Positions 14,738 to 27,118 of a stretch of DNA of 64,000 bases are shown in pieces; position 1 is the first letter of the stretch, and each line of letters opens with the position of its first letter. The notes beneath the pieces were generated by a model. That model made no database searches and was not told the origin of the DNA. It was given only the letters and a program-made list of their open reading frames with translations. This DNA is from Eledone cirrhosa (taxonomy: Eukaryota): the NCBI GenBank assembly GCA_964016885.1, contig OZ024764.1:14322001-14386000 (forward strand), read 5' to 3'. The translations under genes were made by a program, and so were the position numbers.

Positions 14738-15349
14738 TCTACCTGGAGTTGCGACCGATAGATAGTACTAGCAATTGGAAAGACCAACGGAAACATTGTT
14801 TTCTCGGTCCGATTTGACGAAAGTCGATCGCTAGAGAAGATATATACACTAAAGTACATATGTTGTTGTCGAAGCGAAAGGCTATGGCCGATATAGCTTG
14901 GCACCGGTGTCGCCACAAAACATACACTATGACAAAAGACCAAGGTTAACAGTTTGCCTGCCCAAAAGTTAGCAGATCCATTCTTAGAGGTCTAGCCAGG
15001 ACGTTAAGGAAGAAATCCATTGATAAAACAGCGTCTCTGTAGTTAAGTGGTTTAACTCATTTAACACAAACAAAGCTACATTCACTCATTTCGACATTGT
15101 ATACTTTTGCCCGTTGACCTCAGCGACCCTGTTAGATAAAGCCTTGGCGTTCGTCTCTAGCTACAACCCCGTCTATAACTTAGACAAGCAAATATACAAA
15201 TATTTTCTTGTTTTAATTTTCAACACGCTGAGCAAGACATGGTCACCTGATTTGGCACTGCCCACAACAGGACAACCCGTCTAACACATACTAGCGTGGA
15301 AGAATGGTCGTAAAACGGTGATGATGATGATGATGATGATGATGACGAT

Positions 15350-15720
15350 GTTTCCATTTGAGTTCACACACTTCTCCCACCGATGTTAAAGTGACCGGGT
15401 CTCGCTGAAGTAGAACTCCTTAGTTTGGTCCTCCAGGAGCATTGTCTCGATGGAACAAGACCCCTTTTGTCAGCAATCCTGGCCTCTTCGTTCTAGTGTG
15501 CTCGCGCAGACGTTTAAGCAGGTCGGTGATGGCGGCGTAGCCATTTTGGACATCCCAGAAAATGGTAGCCGTGACCTGTCCTGCCGATAGTGTGACTTCT
15601 TCAGAATGGGTGACTATGGCCGTTTCCACTATTGAGACTGCTCTTTTGTTTCAGGGGGGTAGTGATGGACCCAGGTCTCACACAAAGTTAAAATTCTTGC
15701 CAGGAAATATTCCAGATCAG
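15350..15720 (-). pseudogene. decayed mariner transposase fragment
   Basis: ETWVHHY-like, SAGQVTATIFWD and KRPGLLTKGVLFHRDNAP motifs, with deletions and frameshifts. Confidence 0.8.
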
Positions 15721-15801
15721 CTAGCCATCAGCTCCCAAAATTTATAGATAAATGGTTTTCAAATGTTTATTTGTAAACATACCGTATATGTATATCGCTA
15801 G

Positions 15802-15865
<64 letters not shown>

Positions 15866-15909
15866 CTATACAGCTATCGAACACCTTAATTTTTACCCCC
15901 CCCCCCCTC

Positions 15910-16012
<103 letters not shown>

Positions 16013-16054
16013 GAGAGAGAGATACATACATATATATATACATATATATATGTA

Positions 16055-16103
<49 letters not shown>

Positions 16104-16149
16104 TATACAGAGAGAGAGAGAGAGATACATACATATATATATACATATA

Positions 16150-16237
<88 letters not shown>

Positions 16238-16614
16238 CACGTACATACGTACAACGAATATCAAAATGTTTTTGTTTTTTAATTTTTTTGGAATTACGGG
16301 AGATAACTCCCAAAAATTCCAGATAGAGTTATCTCCCCTGAAAATCTTTCATTGAATTTTTTTATTAACGACACTCAGAGTTATCTGACTTGTATAAAAG
16401 TATGTGTATGTATGGGTGTGTGTTTGTGTGCGTGCATGAGTGCGAGTGTGGTTGTGTGTGTGTGTTTGTATGTTTGTGTGTGTGTTTGTATGTTTGTGTG
16501 TGTGTTTGTGTGTGTGTGTGTATTTGTGTGTATTTGTGTGTTTGTGTGTGTTTGTTTGTGTTTGTGTTTATGTGAGTGTGTGTGTTTATGTGTTTATCTG
16601 TTTCATATAGAAAT

Positions 16615-16664
16615 GGCTTCTACAGGTCTAGAACTGTTTCATTCTAAACAAATCACCAGAAATG

Positions 16665-16666
<2 letters not shown>
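16615..16666 (-). ncRNA. degenerate family-A hammerhead
   Basis: GGCATTT-CTGGTGA-TTTGTTTAGAAT-GAAACAG..CTGTA-GAAGCC. Confidence 0.45.
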
Positions 16667-16720
<54 letters not shown>

Positions 16721-16721
16721 C

Positions 16722-16867
<146 letters not shown>

Positions 16868-17073
16868 AAATATGATAATAATGGAGCTGCGGCGTTGCAA
16901 ATGGGATACATATGAAAAAGTGAGTCCTTCATCAGTGACCCTCCAACCGTCCCAGGCATTTCATCGCTTTAAGGGCCATATACCTCAGGTTGGTGCGAAC
17001 AACGGCTAAAAAAAGTCGTTGGGACACGTAAATAAAGAGAACGTTAGGGTGAACATATATATATATAAATATG

Positions 17074-17105
<32 letters not shown>

Positions 17106-17115
17106 GTATAAATAT

Positions 17116-17175
17116 AATTTCAGAAGATCCCGTTAAGGGTGAAAGCACCGATTCTTTGCTTAAACTTTAATCTGT
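17116..17175 (+). ncRNA. family C variant hammerhead
   Basis: TTT-CAGAAGA-TCCCGTTAAGGGT-GAAAGCA..TGCTT-AAA. Confidence 0.55.
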
Positions 17176-17204
17176 ATATGTGTCTATATATATATATATA
17201 TATG

Positions 17205-17296
<92 letters not shown>

Positions 17297-17303
17297 AAAA
17301 TAA

Positions 17304-17359
17304 CAGATTAATGTTTAAGCAAAGAATCGTTGCTTTCACCCTTAACGGGTTCTTCTGAT
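17304..17359 (-). ncRNA. family C variant hammerhead
   Basis: Reverse complement of the 17116 copy. Confidence 0.5.
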
Positions 17360-17366
17360 ACACACA

Positions 17367-17413
<47 letters not shown>

Positions 17414-17416
<3 letters not shown>

Positions 17417-17581
17417 AGAGAGTATGACCCCGACGGCAGAGCTCAAACCGTTTCGACGGCTATTTCTGGCTTGAGCTCTGCCGTCGGGGTCATACTCTCT
17501 CCTATTACCCACTCTACTACTCTAAGTATTGAGTACTCAGGTGCGTTATGGTCCACCTAGTCCCTTACCACAACTCCTCCG

Positions 17582-17585
<4 letters not shown>
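17414..17585 (+). mobile_element. family B fold-back element in (TA)n
   Basis: Inverted arms gacccc-gacggc..gccgtc-ggggtc followed by an ACTC..GAGTAC hairpin and tail. Confidence 0.7.
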
Positions 17586-17653
<68 letters not shown>

Positions 17654-17960
17654 ACACACACACACACATACACACACACACGCACACACACACAGTCAAA
17701 CATACACATATATTTAGTCTGGTACATACCCGATGAATGTTTTTTTGATTTTTTTTACTTTTAAAAAATCAAGGGACATTACTCCAAAATCATTTAGTAG
17801 AGTTAGCTCCCCCATCCATTATTGAGAGCGTCGTGAAGTAGACCCCCTCAAACACTCCCTCCAGCGGCTCCTGTCAGGAGCAACCGTCTCCAACTGATCC
17901 AGCAGGGTCCCCAAGAGAGACCAGCCAAGCTCATAGAAGGTTAAAACAATGATTTACAAA

Positions 17961-18140
17961 GGGGCGGTGGATTGGCAGTGACCGACAGAGAGTGGGACAC
18001 CATGCTTTGCAGCATAGAGTTACGTCCCTTGTCATTCTGAGTGCAAATCCCGCCGAGGTTAACTTTGCCTTTCGTCCTTACGGGGTCGATAAAATGAAGT
18101 ACCAGTAATGCACTGAGGTAATTGCTAGCCTTGTGCCAAA
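17961..18140 (+). mobile_element. tRNA-derived SINE family A
   Basis: gggcggtggattggc..caaatcccgccgaggttaactttgcctt..ggggtcgataaaatgaagtaccagt; many copies in the window. Confidence 0.75.
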
Positions 18141-18940
18141 CGTAGGTGCCTGGCTCCATGCTCTGCCCTCGTTACCCACTGGCACGCAGCTAGACAACCA
18201 TAGCCTGCGAATCGGTGTTTCCCTGAGGCTCGGCCTCCGGATCTGCCAGCCACACCAATGTCGCTGCGGTTCCACCGTGGACTCTTTCGGCCTCCACCCG
18301 CTTTCCTGTCGCCACAGTGCCGGCCGCATTCCACGCCATACTGCCCTCAACGAGGTCATTAAGCATGGTTTGGACGCTGCAGGCTTCCCTTCCCAGCTCG
18401 AGCCGGTGGGGCTGGATCGAAGCGACGGCAAAAGGCCAGATGGCATGACCATCTTCCCGTTCCGCGGTGGCAAACCCCTCGTCCGGGATGCCACTCGCAC
18501 CGACACTTTCTGCAGCCGCAACCTGGTGCAGTCTGCGACTGTCCCAGGTTCTGCTGCACGTCGGGCTGAGGGGGCCAAACTCCTCAAATACCGGTCGCTC
18601 TCTGACAGGTTTGCGGTCGTTCCCCTGGCAGTGGAAACTTCTGGTGTCCTCGGCCCCAGGGCTACCTCCTTACTCACCACCATAGACGCTGATCTGGCCA
18701 GCCGCAGGTGTGAGCCACGCGAGTTGGAGTGGCTTTTCTAGCGCGTCTCCCTTGCCGTCCTCCGGGGAAACGCCTTCTCCATTCTGTCCGCCGGGGCTGT
18801 GGGTGGGCTCCATCGCGTACCAATACATTAGTTAAATACCATTCTTTCATCGTTACAACTTATATCCACATTAATGACGTATTATCTTTATTATTTATGG
18901 CGTTGACCAACAACTAAAAATAAACAAGAAATACATTTTT
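18133..18940 (+). pseudogene. CRE-clade non-LTR retrotransposon C-terminal fragment (Zn knuckle and restriction-like endonuclease) with 3'UTR
   Basis: GAWL..LRLG..CRCG..H.LSC..RH..LN..LEP.GL...DGKRPDG..AVET.G; TAG at 18739 then RVSLAVLRGNA; GC-rich. Confidence 0.8.
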
Positions 18941-18965
18941 TTTAAAGATATTTAAATCTTTTAGT

Positions 18966-18971
18966 TTTATT
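18966..18971 (-). promoter_or_regulatory. putative polyadenylation signal of the defensin gene
   Basis: AATAAA on the minus strand about 170 nt after the stop codon. Confidence 0.5.
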
Positions 18972-19138
18972 CACCATTTTTTTTCTGCTGATGTTGTTAC
19001 TGTTGTTGTCATCATTGACTTTGCTGTAGTTTATAAGATGCTGTTGGTATCTATTTGTTGTTATTGTTGTTGTTGGTGGTGTGGTGGTGGTATTATTGTT
19101 GTTGTTGGCAGCGACGACGACGGCGGTAGTGGTGGTGT

Positions 19139-19272
19139 TTATATCAGACAAATACAAGACTTGTTAGAGTTACATATACCACCTCTGCTGTGTCCCAGGC
19201 GGATACAGTGAACAAAACAACCCATGGCGCCCATCACATTACAGCTAATACCTCGGACACTGAGGACCTTCT
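19139..19272 (-). CDS. defensin precursor, exon 3 (EKVLSVR-GISCNVMGAMGCFVHCIRLGHSRGGICNSNKSCICLI*)
   Basis: Acceptor tgttccag|, phase 1; six Cys spaced C-x7-C-x3-C-x10-C-x5-C-x-C with a GxC gamma-core; TAA at 19141-19139. Confidence 0.9.
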
Positions 19273-19289
19273 CTGGAACATAGACAGAC

Positions 19290-19988
19290 AGATAGATAGA
19301 TAGATTTTTTTATTTGCCACAAGGGGACAGAAGAAATGGGAAAATGCAAAGACACATGCCGGGGATTTTACATACAGTCGTGTAAAAATATTGTTAAAAC
19401 AAACAAATTTAACAATCGAAATCCCCAATATGGGGGAGGCGTTACAAATGGGTTGTTTTATACTCCGTAGATAGAACAACCCTCAACTCCAGGAGCGTGT
19501 TGTGCAAGTGCTCCTTTCCTCTTTTGCTCTCTTCTTCAACCTACAGGTTTATATACAGAGAAGGCCCAATGACTCGGGCCATTTTTGCCACATTCACCCA
19601 CCTTTCAGTAAATCTGGGGTGCAGTGCCTCTCTCTCCCCTCTGATTCTCCTTCTAAAGTGGTACCTAAAGAAGGGAATGAGTTGTTGTCCGGAGAGAAAG
19701 GCATCTGTCCTCAGTCCTCTCAATCTCGTCCACCTTATAACCTCTTTCACCATAACCACTATACAGAGGAAAACCGCCTCTCTTTCGTTTTTGAAAGAAG
19801 TTGGCGGTTTGATCCTTACTATGGACTCGGCAGTCAACTGGATTTGTCCCATACGCGACTGCAGTTGTTCTGCGTAGTTCCACAGGTCGGTTACGCGCGG
19901 GCAGTGTACAATTGCGTGCAGGACGGTTTCAATGTCCTGCTCGCATCTTGGACACGTCCTCTTGGAAGGATCCCTGCCGGGGCGTCCG

Positions 19989-19989
<1 letters not shown>
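19290..19989 (-). mobile_element. Tx1/L1-like LINE 3' fragment with CCHC zinc motif, inside defensin intron 2
   Basis: CPRCEQDIETVLHAIVHCP..WWTRLRGL; (TAGA)n on both flanks. Confidence 0.8.
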
Positions 19990-20053
<64 letters not shown>

Positions 20054-20060
20054 GGATGGA

Positions 20061-20205
20061 CCTACCTCCAGACTGTTGTACCTCAGACCTACCTCCAATC
20101 TGTGGTACCCTACATCTACCTCCAGACTGTGGTACCTCAGACCTACCTCCAATCTGTGGTACCCTACATCTACCTCCAGATTGTGGGACCTCAGACCTAC
20201 CTTCA
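20061..20205. repeat. 54-bp (2x27) tandem repeat
   Basis: ctacctccagactgtggtacctcagacctacctccaatctgtggtaccctacat, about 2.7 copies. Confidence 0.85.
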
Positions 20206-20309
20206 GTCAGCGGTACCGCCATACCTACCGGTTACAGACCCCTATGTCCAGTCTGTGGTATCCCAAACCTACCTGCTACACTACCCCAGATCAAACAATG
20301 TACCCTTAC

Positions 20310-20333
20310 CTTCAGTGTTCTCTGCCTGACATC
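20310..20333 (-). CDS. defensin precursor, 24-nt exon 2 (GCQAENTE: end of signal peptide and start of acidic propeptide)
   Basis: Acceptor tttctcttccag| and donor GAAG|gtaagg; symmetric phase 1-1; supplies the C-Q-A signal peptidase site missing from exon 1. Confidence 0.8.
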
Positions 20334-20429
20334 CTGGAAGAGAAATATAGATAGATAATTAAGAATCATTTTACATGGGTAATATATGTATAGAGTTACT
20401 GACTATACCAATAGGTAGACTTATAGATG

Positions 20430-20487
<58 letters not shown>

Positions 20488-20489
<2 letters not shown>

Positions 20490-21045
20490 TGTTTCTTTAT
20501 TAGCCACAGGGGCACACAGGAAGGGGACAAATACAAAGGGGGAAGTTTAAATACAATAAAAATGTGTAAAATACTATCACAAATGCAATTTAAAAATTAA
20601 TAGATTTTCCCCAATAGGGAGAGACATTTCATATGGGTAACACATACCCCCGAAAAAATGTGCAACCCTCATCTCCAGGAATACGAAGAGTTTGTACCCC
20701 TTTCCTCTCTGCCTCTTTTTCCTCAACCTACAGGCTGATATAGAGAGAAAGCCCATTCACTCGGGCCATTCTCGCCACTTTCACCCACCTTTCATAAAAC
20801 TTGCTGGGGTACAGCACCTCTCTCTCCATCCTGACTCTTCTTCCAAAGTGGTATTTGAAAAAAAAAAATCTGTTGTTGGCCGGAGAGAAAGGTGTCTGAC
20901 CTCAGCCCTTTTAACCTCGTCCACCATACAACCTCTTTCGCCATAGCTATCACACAGGGGAAAACCGCCTCTCCTTCGTTTTTGAAGGAGGGTGGCAGTT
21001 TGATCATGACAATGGACTCGGTAGTCAACCGGATTGGCCCCACAT
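20488..21045 (-). mobile_element. Tx1/L1-like LINE 3' fragment inside defensin intron 1
   Basis: Homologous to 8948-9545; (GATA)n on both flanks. Confidence 0.8.
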
Positions 21046-21082
<37 letters not shown>

Positions 21083-21155
21083 TAACCCTTTAGCATTTAC
21101 ATTACTTTATATTTACTATTGTTTTCTTCAAACTCGCACGATGTTTCAAAACAGA

Positions 21156-21207
<52 letters not shown>

Positions 21208-21209
<2 letters not shown>

Positions 21210-21383
21210 AACCAGTAAGACCCCGACGGCTGAGCTCAAGCCGTTTCGACGAGAATTAGCCGTCGAAACGGCTTGAGCTCAGCCGTCGGGGTCTTACTGG
21301 TTCCTATTACCCACTCTACTACCCCAAGTATTGAGTACTTTGGGGCGTTATGGTCCACCTGGTTCCTTACCACATTTCCTTCG

Positions 21384-21386
<3 letters not shown>
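21208..21386 (+). mobile_element. family B fold-back element in (TA)n
   Basis: ~45-bp perfect inverted arms; GAAACGG..CCGTC-GGGGTC hammerhead 3' half; ACTC..GAGTAC hairpin. Confidence 0.75.
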
Positions 21387-21457
<71 letters not shown>

Positions 21458-21474
21458 TTAATTAAGGTTTTTAC

Positions 21475-21520
21475 CTGCGAAGGTAAGCAGAAGAAGGACC
21501 AAAACCACTTTAAATGCCAT
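21475..21520 (-). CDS. CS-alpha-beta defensin precursor, coding exon 1 (signal peptide MAFKVVLVLLLLTFA)
   Basis: ATG at 21520; n-region Lys then a hydrophobic core; ends GCAG|gtaaaa donor, phase 1 (46 nt). Confidence 0.85.
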
Positions 21521-21802
21521 CACAGATAGAATTAGATGTGCTACCTTGTCACAGTGAATATCTTGATAACTGTAGCCCTGGCTGGGTGTACAGCAGAGGT
21601 TGTCTTGAGAGACCTTCGCATAAACAGGTGCTGGATTCTCTCGTAATTGAGGGCAGTAGATTGGGTGGGAGGGCGATAGTGTAAGGTGGTGGGGTGGGGG
21701 CGATAGTGTAAGGTGGTGGGGTGGGGGCGATAGTGTAAGGTGGTGGGGTGGGGGCGATAGTGTAGGGTAGTTGTGGTGTTGGTGATGGTGATGGTGTGGT
21801 GG

Positions 21803-21857
<55 letters not shown>

Positions 21858-22410
21858 GGTGGTGGTGGTGGTGGTGGTGGTGTTGTTGCTGTTGTTGTTG
21901 GTGGTGGTGTTGGTGGTGGTGGCGGTGTTGTTGTTGCTGTTGTTGTTCGTGGTGGTGTTGGTGGTGTTGTTGGTGGTGTTGCTGATGGTGGTGGTGGTGT
22001 TGGTGATGGTGTGGTGTGGGATAATGGTGTTGTTGATGATGGTGTGGTGGTGGTGGTGGTGGTGTGGTGTAGTGGTGTGGTGTAGTGGTGTGGTGGTGGT
22101 GTGGGGTAGTGGTGTAGTGTGGTGGTGTGGTGTAGTGGTGTAGTGTGGTGGTGTGGTGTAGTGGTGTGGTGTAGTGGTGTAGTGTGGTGGTGTGATGCGG
22201 TGGCGTGTGTGTATGTGTGTATTAGTGATAAAATGTTGTTGTTTTTATCTTTGAAATAAATAAAATAAAAATAGTAAAAAGCATAAAAACATTTAAACAA
22301 AAATGTTGTTTATTATTTTTTATTTAACTTTATTTATATAATGGATTATGACCATGCTGAAGCACTACCTTCATTTGGTTACACACACACACACACACAC
22401 ATACACACAC

Positions 22411-22459
<49 letters not shown>

Positions 22460-22518
22460 CACACACACATATATTTATATATATATATATATACACATAC
22501 ACACACACATATATATAT

Positions 22519-22594
<76 letters not shown>

Positions 22595-22640
22595 ATGGGT
22601 TGAGTACCTTACTTACTGTGGTTTCCCCCGACACACACCT

Positions 22641-22994
<354 letters not shown>

Positions 22995-23228
22995 CTCACA
23001 CACAGGTTTGAATTTGGCACTTTTCTACGGCTGGATGCCCTTCTTAATGCCAACTGCATTTTCAGTGTGGACTGGGCGCTTTTGGTGTTAGGAAAGGCAT
23101 CCTGCCATAGAAACCAAGCTTGAAACTGTTCTGAATGAACAAGATACGGTCACCTCACCCAAGTTACCTCAAACGGAACAACCTGTCTAACCCATGCCAG
23201 CGTGGAAAATTGACGTTAAATGATGATA

Positions 23229-23378
23229 ATTGTTTATATTTTTGACACAAGGCCAGCAATTATCTCAGCGTATTACTGGTACTTTATATTTTATCGACCC
23301 CGTAAGGATGAAAGGCAAAGTTAACTTTGGCAGGAATTGAACTCTGAACGTAAAGGGCCGTAATTCTATACTGCAAAG
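23229..23378 (-). mobile_element. SINE family A
   Basis: actggtacttt..ttttatcgaccccgtaaggatgaaaggcaaagttaac. Confidence 0.7.
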
Positions 23379-23915
23379 CATGATGATGATGAAACCTTAA
23401 AGACCCTATTTTACCACCGGAAGCAGCTGAAGAGCTGCAAAAGGGGGTGAAGGGAGACAAGGTATGTTGATGGTGAAATGAGGTATAGGGAACGTGTTGA
23501 TGGTAATAGTAGTGGTGGTGGTGGTGAGGGATTAAAGATTGAGGTGATGTGAGATATATGAGGGGTGGTGGGATGTTGAGAGAGGGGGCGGGGTGAGGAG
23601 GGGGAGGGGATTTGGGTTTAATGGAGGGTTGTGGAACAGTCATTCCTCAGCCACCACCACCACCACCACCACACCTGATTCTTCAAATCTTCTGAGTCAC
23701 CCCTCCTTATGTTCCCAACACCACCACCACCTCCACCACTACTACCCCTCCACCACTACCACTACCCCTCCACCACTACCACCATCAATGCCACCACCAC
23801 CACCACCACCACCACCACCACTACCACTACCCCACCACCACTACCACCATCAACACCACCACTACTACCCCCACCCCCACCCCCACCACCACCTCACACT
23901 ACAACAATGAAATTC

Positions 23916-24025
<110 letters not shown>

Positions 24026-24111
24026 AAGTAATTCTGTCGGAAAGGTCCAGGAAAAAAGAGTGCTCTATGTAGGGTACAGAGCTTATTAGTTATGTTCTAT
24101 ATAGGTTACAG

Positions 24112-24435
24112 AGATGGAGAGAGAGGTGCTGTACCCCAGCAAGTTTTATGAAAGGTGGGTGAAAGTGGCGAGAATGGCCCGAGTGAATGGGCCTTCTCTC
24201 TATATCAGGAGGAGGAGAGGAAAGGAGTACAAGCTCTTCGTACTCCTGGAGATGAGGGTTGCACATTTTTTTCGGGGGTATGTGTTACCCATATAAACTG
24301 TCTCCCTCTATTGGGGAAAATCGACTAACTTTTAAATTCCATCTGTGATAACATTTTACACGTTTTTATTGTATGTAAGCTTCCCCCTTTGTATTTGTCC
24401 CCTTCTTTTGTGCCCCTGTGGCTAATAAAGAAATA
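24112..24435 (+). mobile_element. Tx1-like LINE 3' fragment
   Basis: Nearly identical to 9150-9515. Confidence 0.75.
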
Positions 24436-24519
24436 TATATATTAGTATTACATAACTATATATATATATAAAATAAAGTTAAATAAAAGTCAAATGATTA
24501 AAATTTAGCTTCGTTTATT

Positions 24520-24574
24520 ACTGCTATATATATTTCAGTGACAGCCATCTTTGGCTGTGACCTCTTCAGGCAGT
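24520..24574 (-). ncRNA. type I hammerhead (family E)
   Basis: ACTGC-CTGAAGA-GGTCACAGCC..GGCTGTCACT-GAAATATATATA-GCAGT, then AATAAA. Confidence 0.8.
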
Positions 24575-25303
24575 TTGAATTAGTGTGGTAGAGACAAGTA
24601 CATATGTTGTTGAGGTGTATAATATTGTCAATACTCTGATATGCCCAGTTCCTGGTTGGGTTGTTATTTCACTGAGGAACTGGAATCATATATATATATA
24701 TATATATATAAGGATTAGAATACTGGAGCGTGTTTGAGTCAAACACCCTCTTCGTATTATAGAAATGACATATTTATTATTTATTATAAGTGTTTCTTGT
24801 AATTATTGCCCCATGTATATTGGGTAGATATATTAGCATTATTTTCACTATTACCATGCTTATTTTTAATATTTTTGATGTTTAAACTTCCAATAAGGCT
24901 TAATTTCTGTGTAATAGAAAATAGATATGTGTATTGTAATATGTGTGTGTGTGTGTGTCTGTGTGTGCGCACATATATACATGTATATATTGTACCTTTT
25001 GATTTTTGATTTGGAATTTCAGTGTTGGTATAGATATATTATTATTATGAGAATGTATTATACTGTGTTATATATAATTCCTGTTCTATATAACCAAATT
25101 TGTTTAGATTTAAGTTGGTGACTTTGGACCATATTTGTAATATGGTTCTTAATGTCATCTACATCCTTAGTTATTATAATTTTATTAGTTTTATCCTCAT
25201 TTTTATTATCGTATATCCTTGTAAGACATTAGTGTATGTAAACCCTATATTCTTCAGAGTTTCTGGCTTGTATCTGCCGAAATTACCTCTTGTTGTTTTG
25301 ATT

Positions 25304-25341
25304 GCCCTGATGAGTCCTTAATAGGACGAAACATTGTCGGC
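25304..25341 (+). ncRNA. canonical minimal type I hammerhead
   Basis: GCC-CTGATGA-GTCCT-taat-AGGAC-GAAAC-att-GTC-GGC; predicted cut after 25338; AATAAA follows. Confidence 0.85.
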
Positions 25342-25386
25342 TAATAAAAACTTTTGATGTATTAAAGGATTCTTTGTTTTACTCTC

Positions 25387-25460
<74 letters not shown>

Positions 25461-25463
<3 letters not shown>

Positions 25464-25690
25464 GATATTAATAAATGGAAACTATATTTATAAAACCATA
25501 TTTATTTCATTATACATATTTCAGGGATACCACATTAAATTATGGTATGCCTTCATCAGACAAAATACAATATATAACAGTTTTACAAATAGCTTTGACG
25601 TACCCAAAAATGATCTACTCCAAAAACTTGTCGAGTGCTTTATATCAGTTATAAAAATATTTACTTGTTGTATCCCAACAACTTTAAATA
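25461..25690 (-). mobile_element. family D hammerhead element with the tail in opposite orientation
   Basis: Minus-strand hammerhead at 25503-25567; plus-strand ACTC..GAGTGC tail at 25617-25680, as in 33411. Confidence 0.7.
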
Positions 25691-25697
25691 GAACTTT

Positions 25698-25790
<93 letters not shown>

Positions 25791-25889
25791 CAAATAGTTT
25801 ATCGCTCTATATGGCTGAATACAATAAACGTAATCTGAGTTTTTCGAATATTAATAATTGTTTCTACTTTTGGCACAAGGCCAGCATAA

Positions 25890-26627
25890 GGGCCAATGGC
25901 ATAGGGGCCAATGGCAACTTCTTATTAACCCTATTTTATAAGGTATTTTTGTACCATTTATTTCGCTTCAGCTGTTTCCTTATAACTTTGAATAACTTTG
26001 AAATGTTTTGGCCAGTATTGGCCCAGGCCATGTCTAACTTAATAGCACCACCTGGCGAAGTCTTTCAATTCAGGATTTGGGCACCATGGCCCATTCGAGA
26101 AGAGAATTACTGTTTGCGGAGACATATCCGGGTGTGGGTGGTTTGTCCGGGATTACTTGGAGGAATTTGTCCAAAGACTTCTTGAATTTTGTGTGGTCAG
26201 TTTCTGTTTTGACGTGTCCTGGTGTGATGTTGAAGAGAGCAGGGCCGATTGAGGTGAAATAATTGTGCCGTATTGTTGTTATGAGTTGCGATTTAGATTT
26301 TTGAATGGGACGGATAGCACGGGGCCCAAGCCTTGGGTGTATCTTGAAGGCGATGCCAACATCATTTGGGCAGTGATGATGGAACATTTTCCACATCATG
26401 CAGATAATATAACGCTCACGGCGACGTTGGAGTGAGTAAAGTTTCAGGTTTTCTAATCGACCCCAGTAGTCAAGGTCTGACATGCCATCTATCTTTTTCG
26501 TGATTGCCCTTTGAGGAGCTTCAAGTTTCATGATACTTTGTTTCGTGTGGGGAGACCACAGTGGACAACAGTATTCAAGGTGTGGTCGGGCAAAAGTAGA
26601 GAAGAGAAGGATAATGGTGCGGGAATC

Positions 26628-26630
<3 letters not shown>
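25890..26630 (-). mobile_element. CR1-type LINE ORF2 C-terminal fragment and 3'UTR
   Basis: ARPHLEYCCPLWSPH..KLEAPQR..Y..RL..LKLYSLQRRRER. Confidence 0.85.
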
Positions 26631-26668
<38 letters not shown>

Positions 26669-26817
26669 GTATTATGTATATAAACATACACCTGCACATA
26701 CATACAGAAATATGTGTATATATATATTAACATTGTGTATACATACATATATGCATACATACATATATATATTTCTGCATGTATGTACATGTGTATGTAT
26801 ATATATATATATATATA

Positions 26818-26977
26818 ATTGTTTCTACTTTACTTTAGGCACAAGGCCAGCAAATACCCAGTGCATTACTGGTACTTTATTTTATCGACTCCGTAAGGAT
26901 GAAAGGCAAAGTTAACCTTGGCGGGATTTGAACTCAGAATGGAAAGGGTCTCTCCGACTCTCTACCGATACTGCCAA
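26818..26977 (-). mobile_element. SINE family A
   Basis: Same central motif as 17961. Confidence 0.7.
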
Positions 26978-27076
26978 TTATTCAATTCGTTTGCATTCAT
27001 GCAAATAGCCTCTTTAAGCCATGTCAGTAGAATGGCCGCTGTCATTCTTGCTCTTGTGTTGCCATCTAAACAGAAC

Positions 27077-27118
27077 TGCAGACACTAATGTTTCTGGGTG
27101 ATTGCCCTTCATCAGTAA
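27077..27118 (-). ncRNA. type I hammerhead core (weak stem I)
   Basis: CTGATGA-AGGG-caatca-CCCA-GAAACA-ttag-TGTC. Confidence 0.6.

Noticed and set aside
21458-22300. 280-aa ORF ending in MAFKVVLVLLLLTFAGKNLN
   Set aside because: The upstream part is repeat and 5'UTR; only 21520-21475 is interpreted as coding (defensin exon 1).
23393-23461. Possible exon NLKDPILPPEAAEELQKGVKGDK|gtatgt
   Set aside because: Good donor but no credible acceptor or start and no partner exons; similar ambiguity at 7907-7972, 57806-57900 and 60866-60946.
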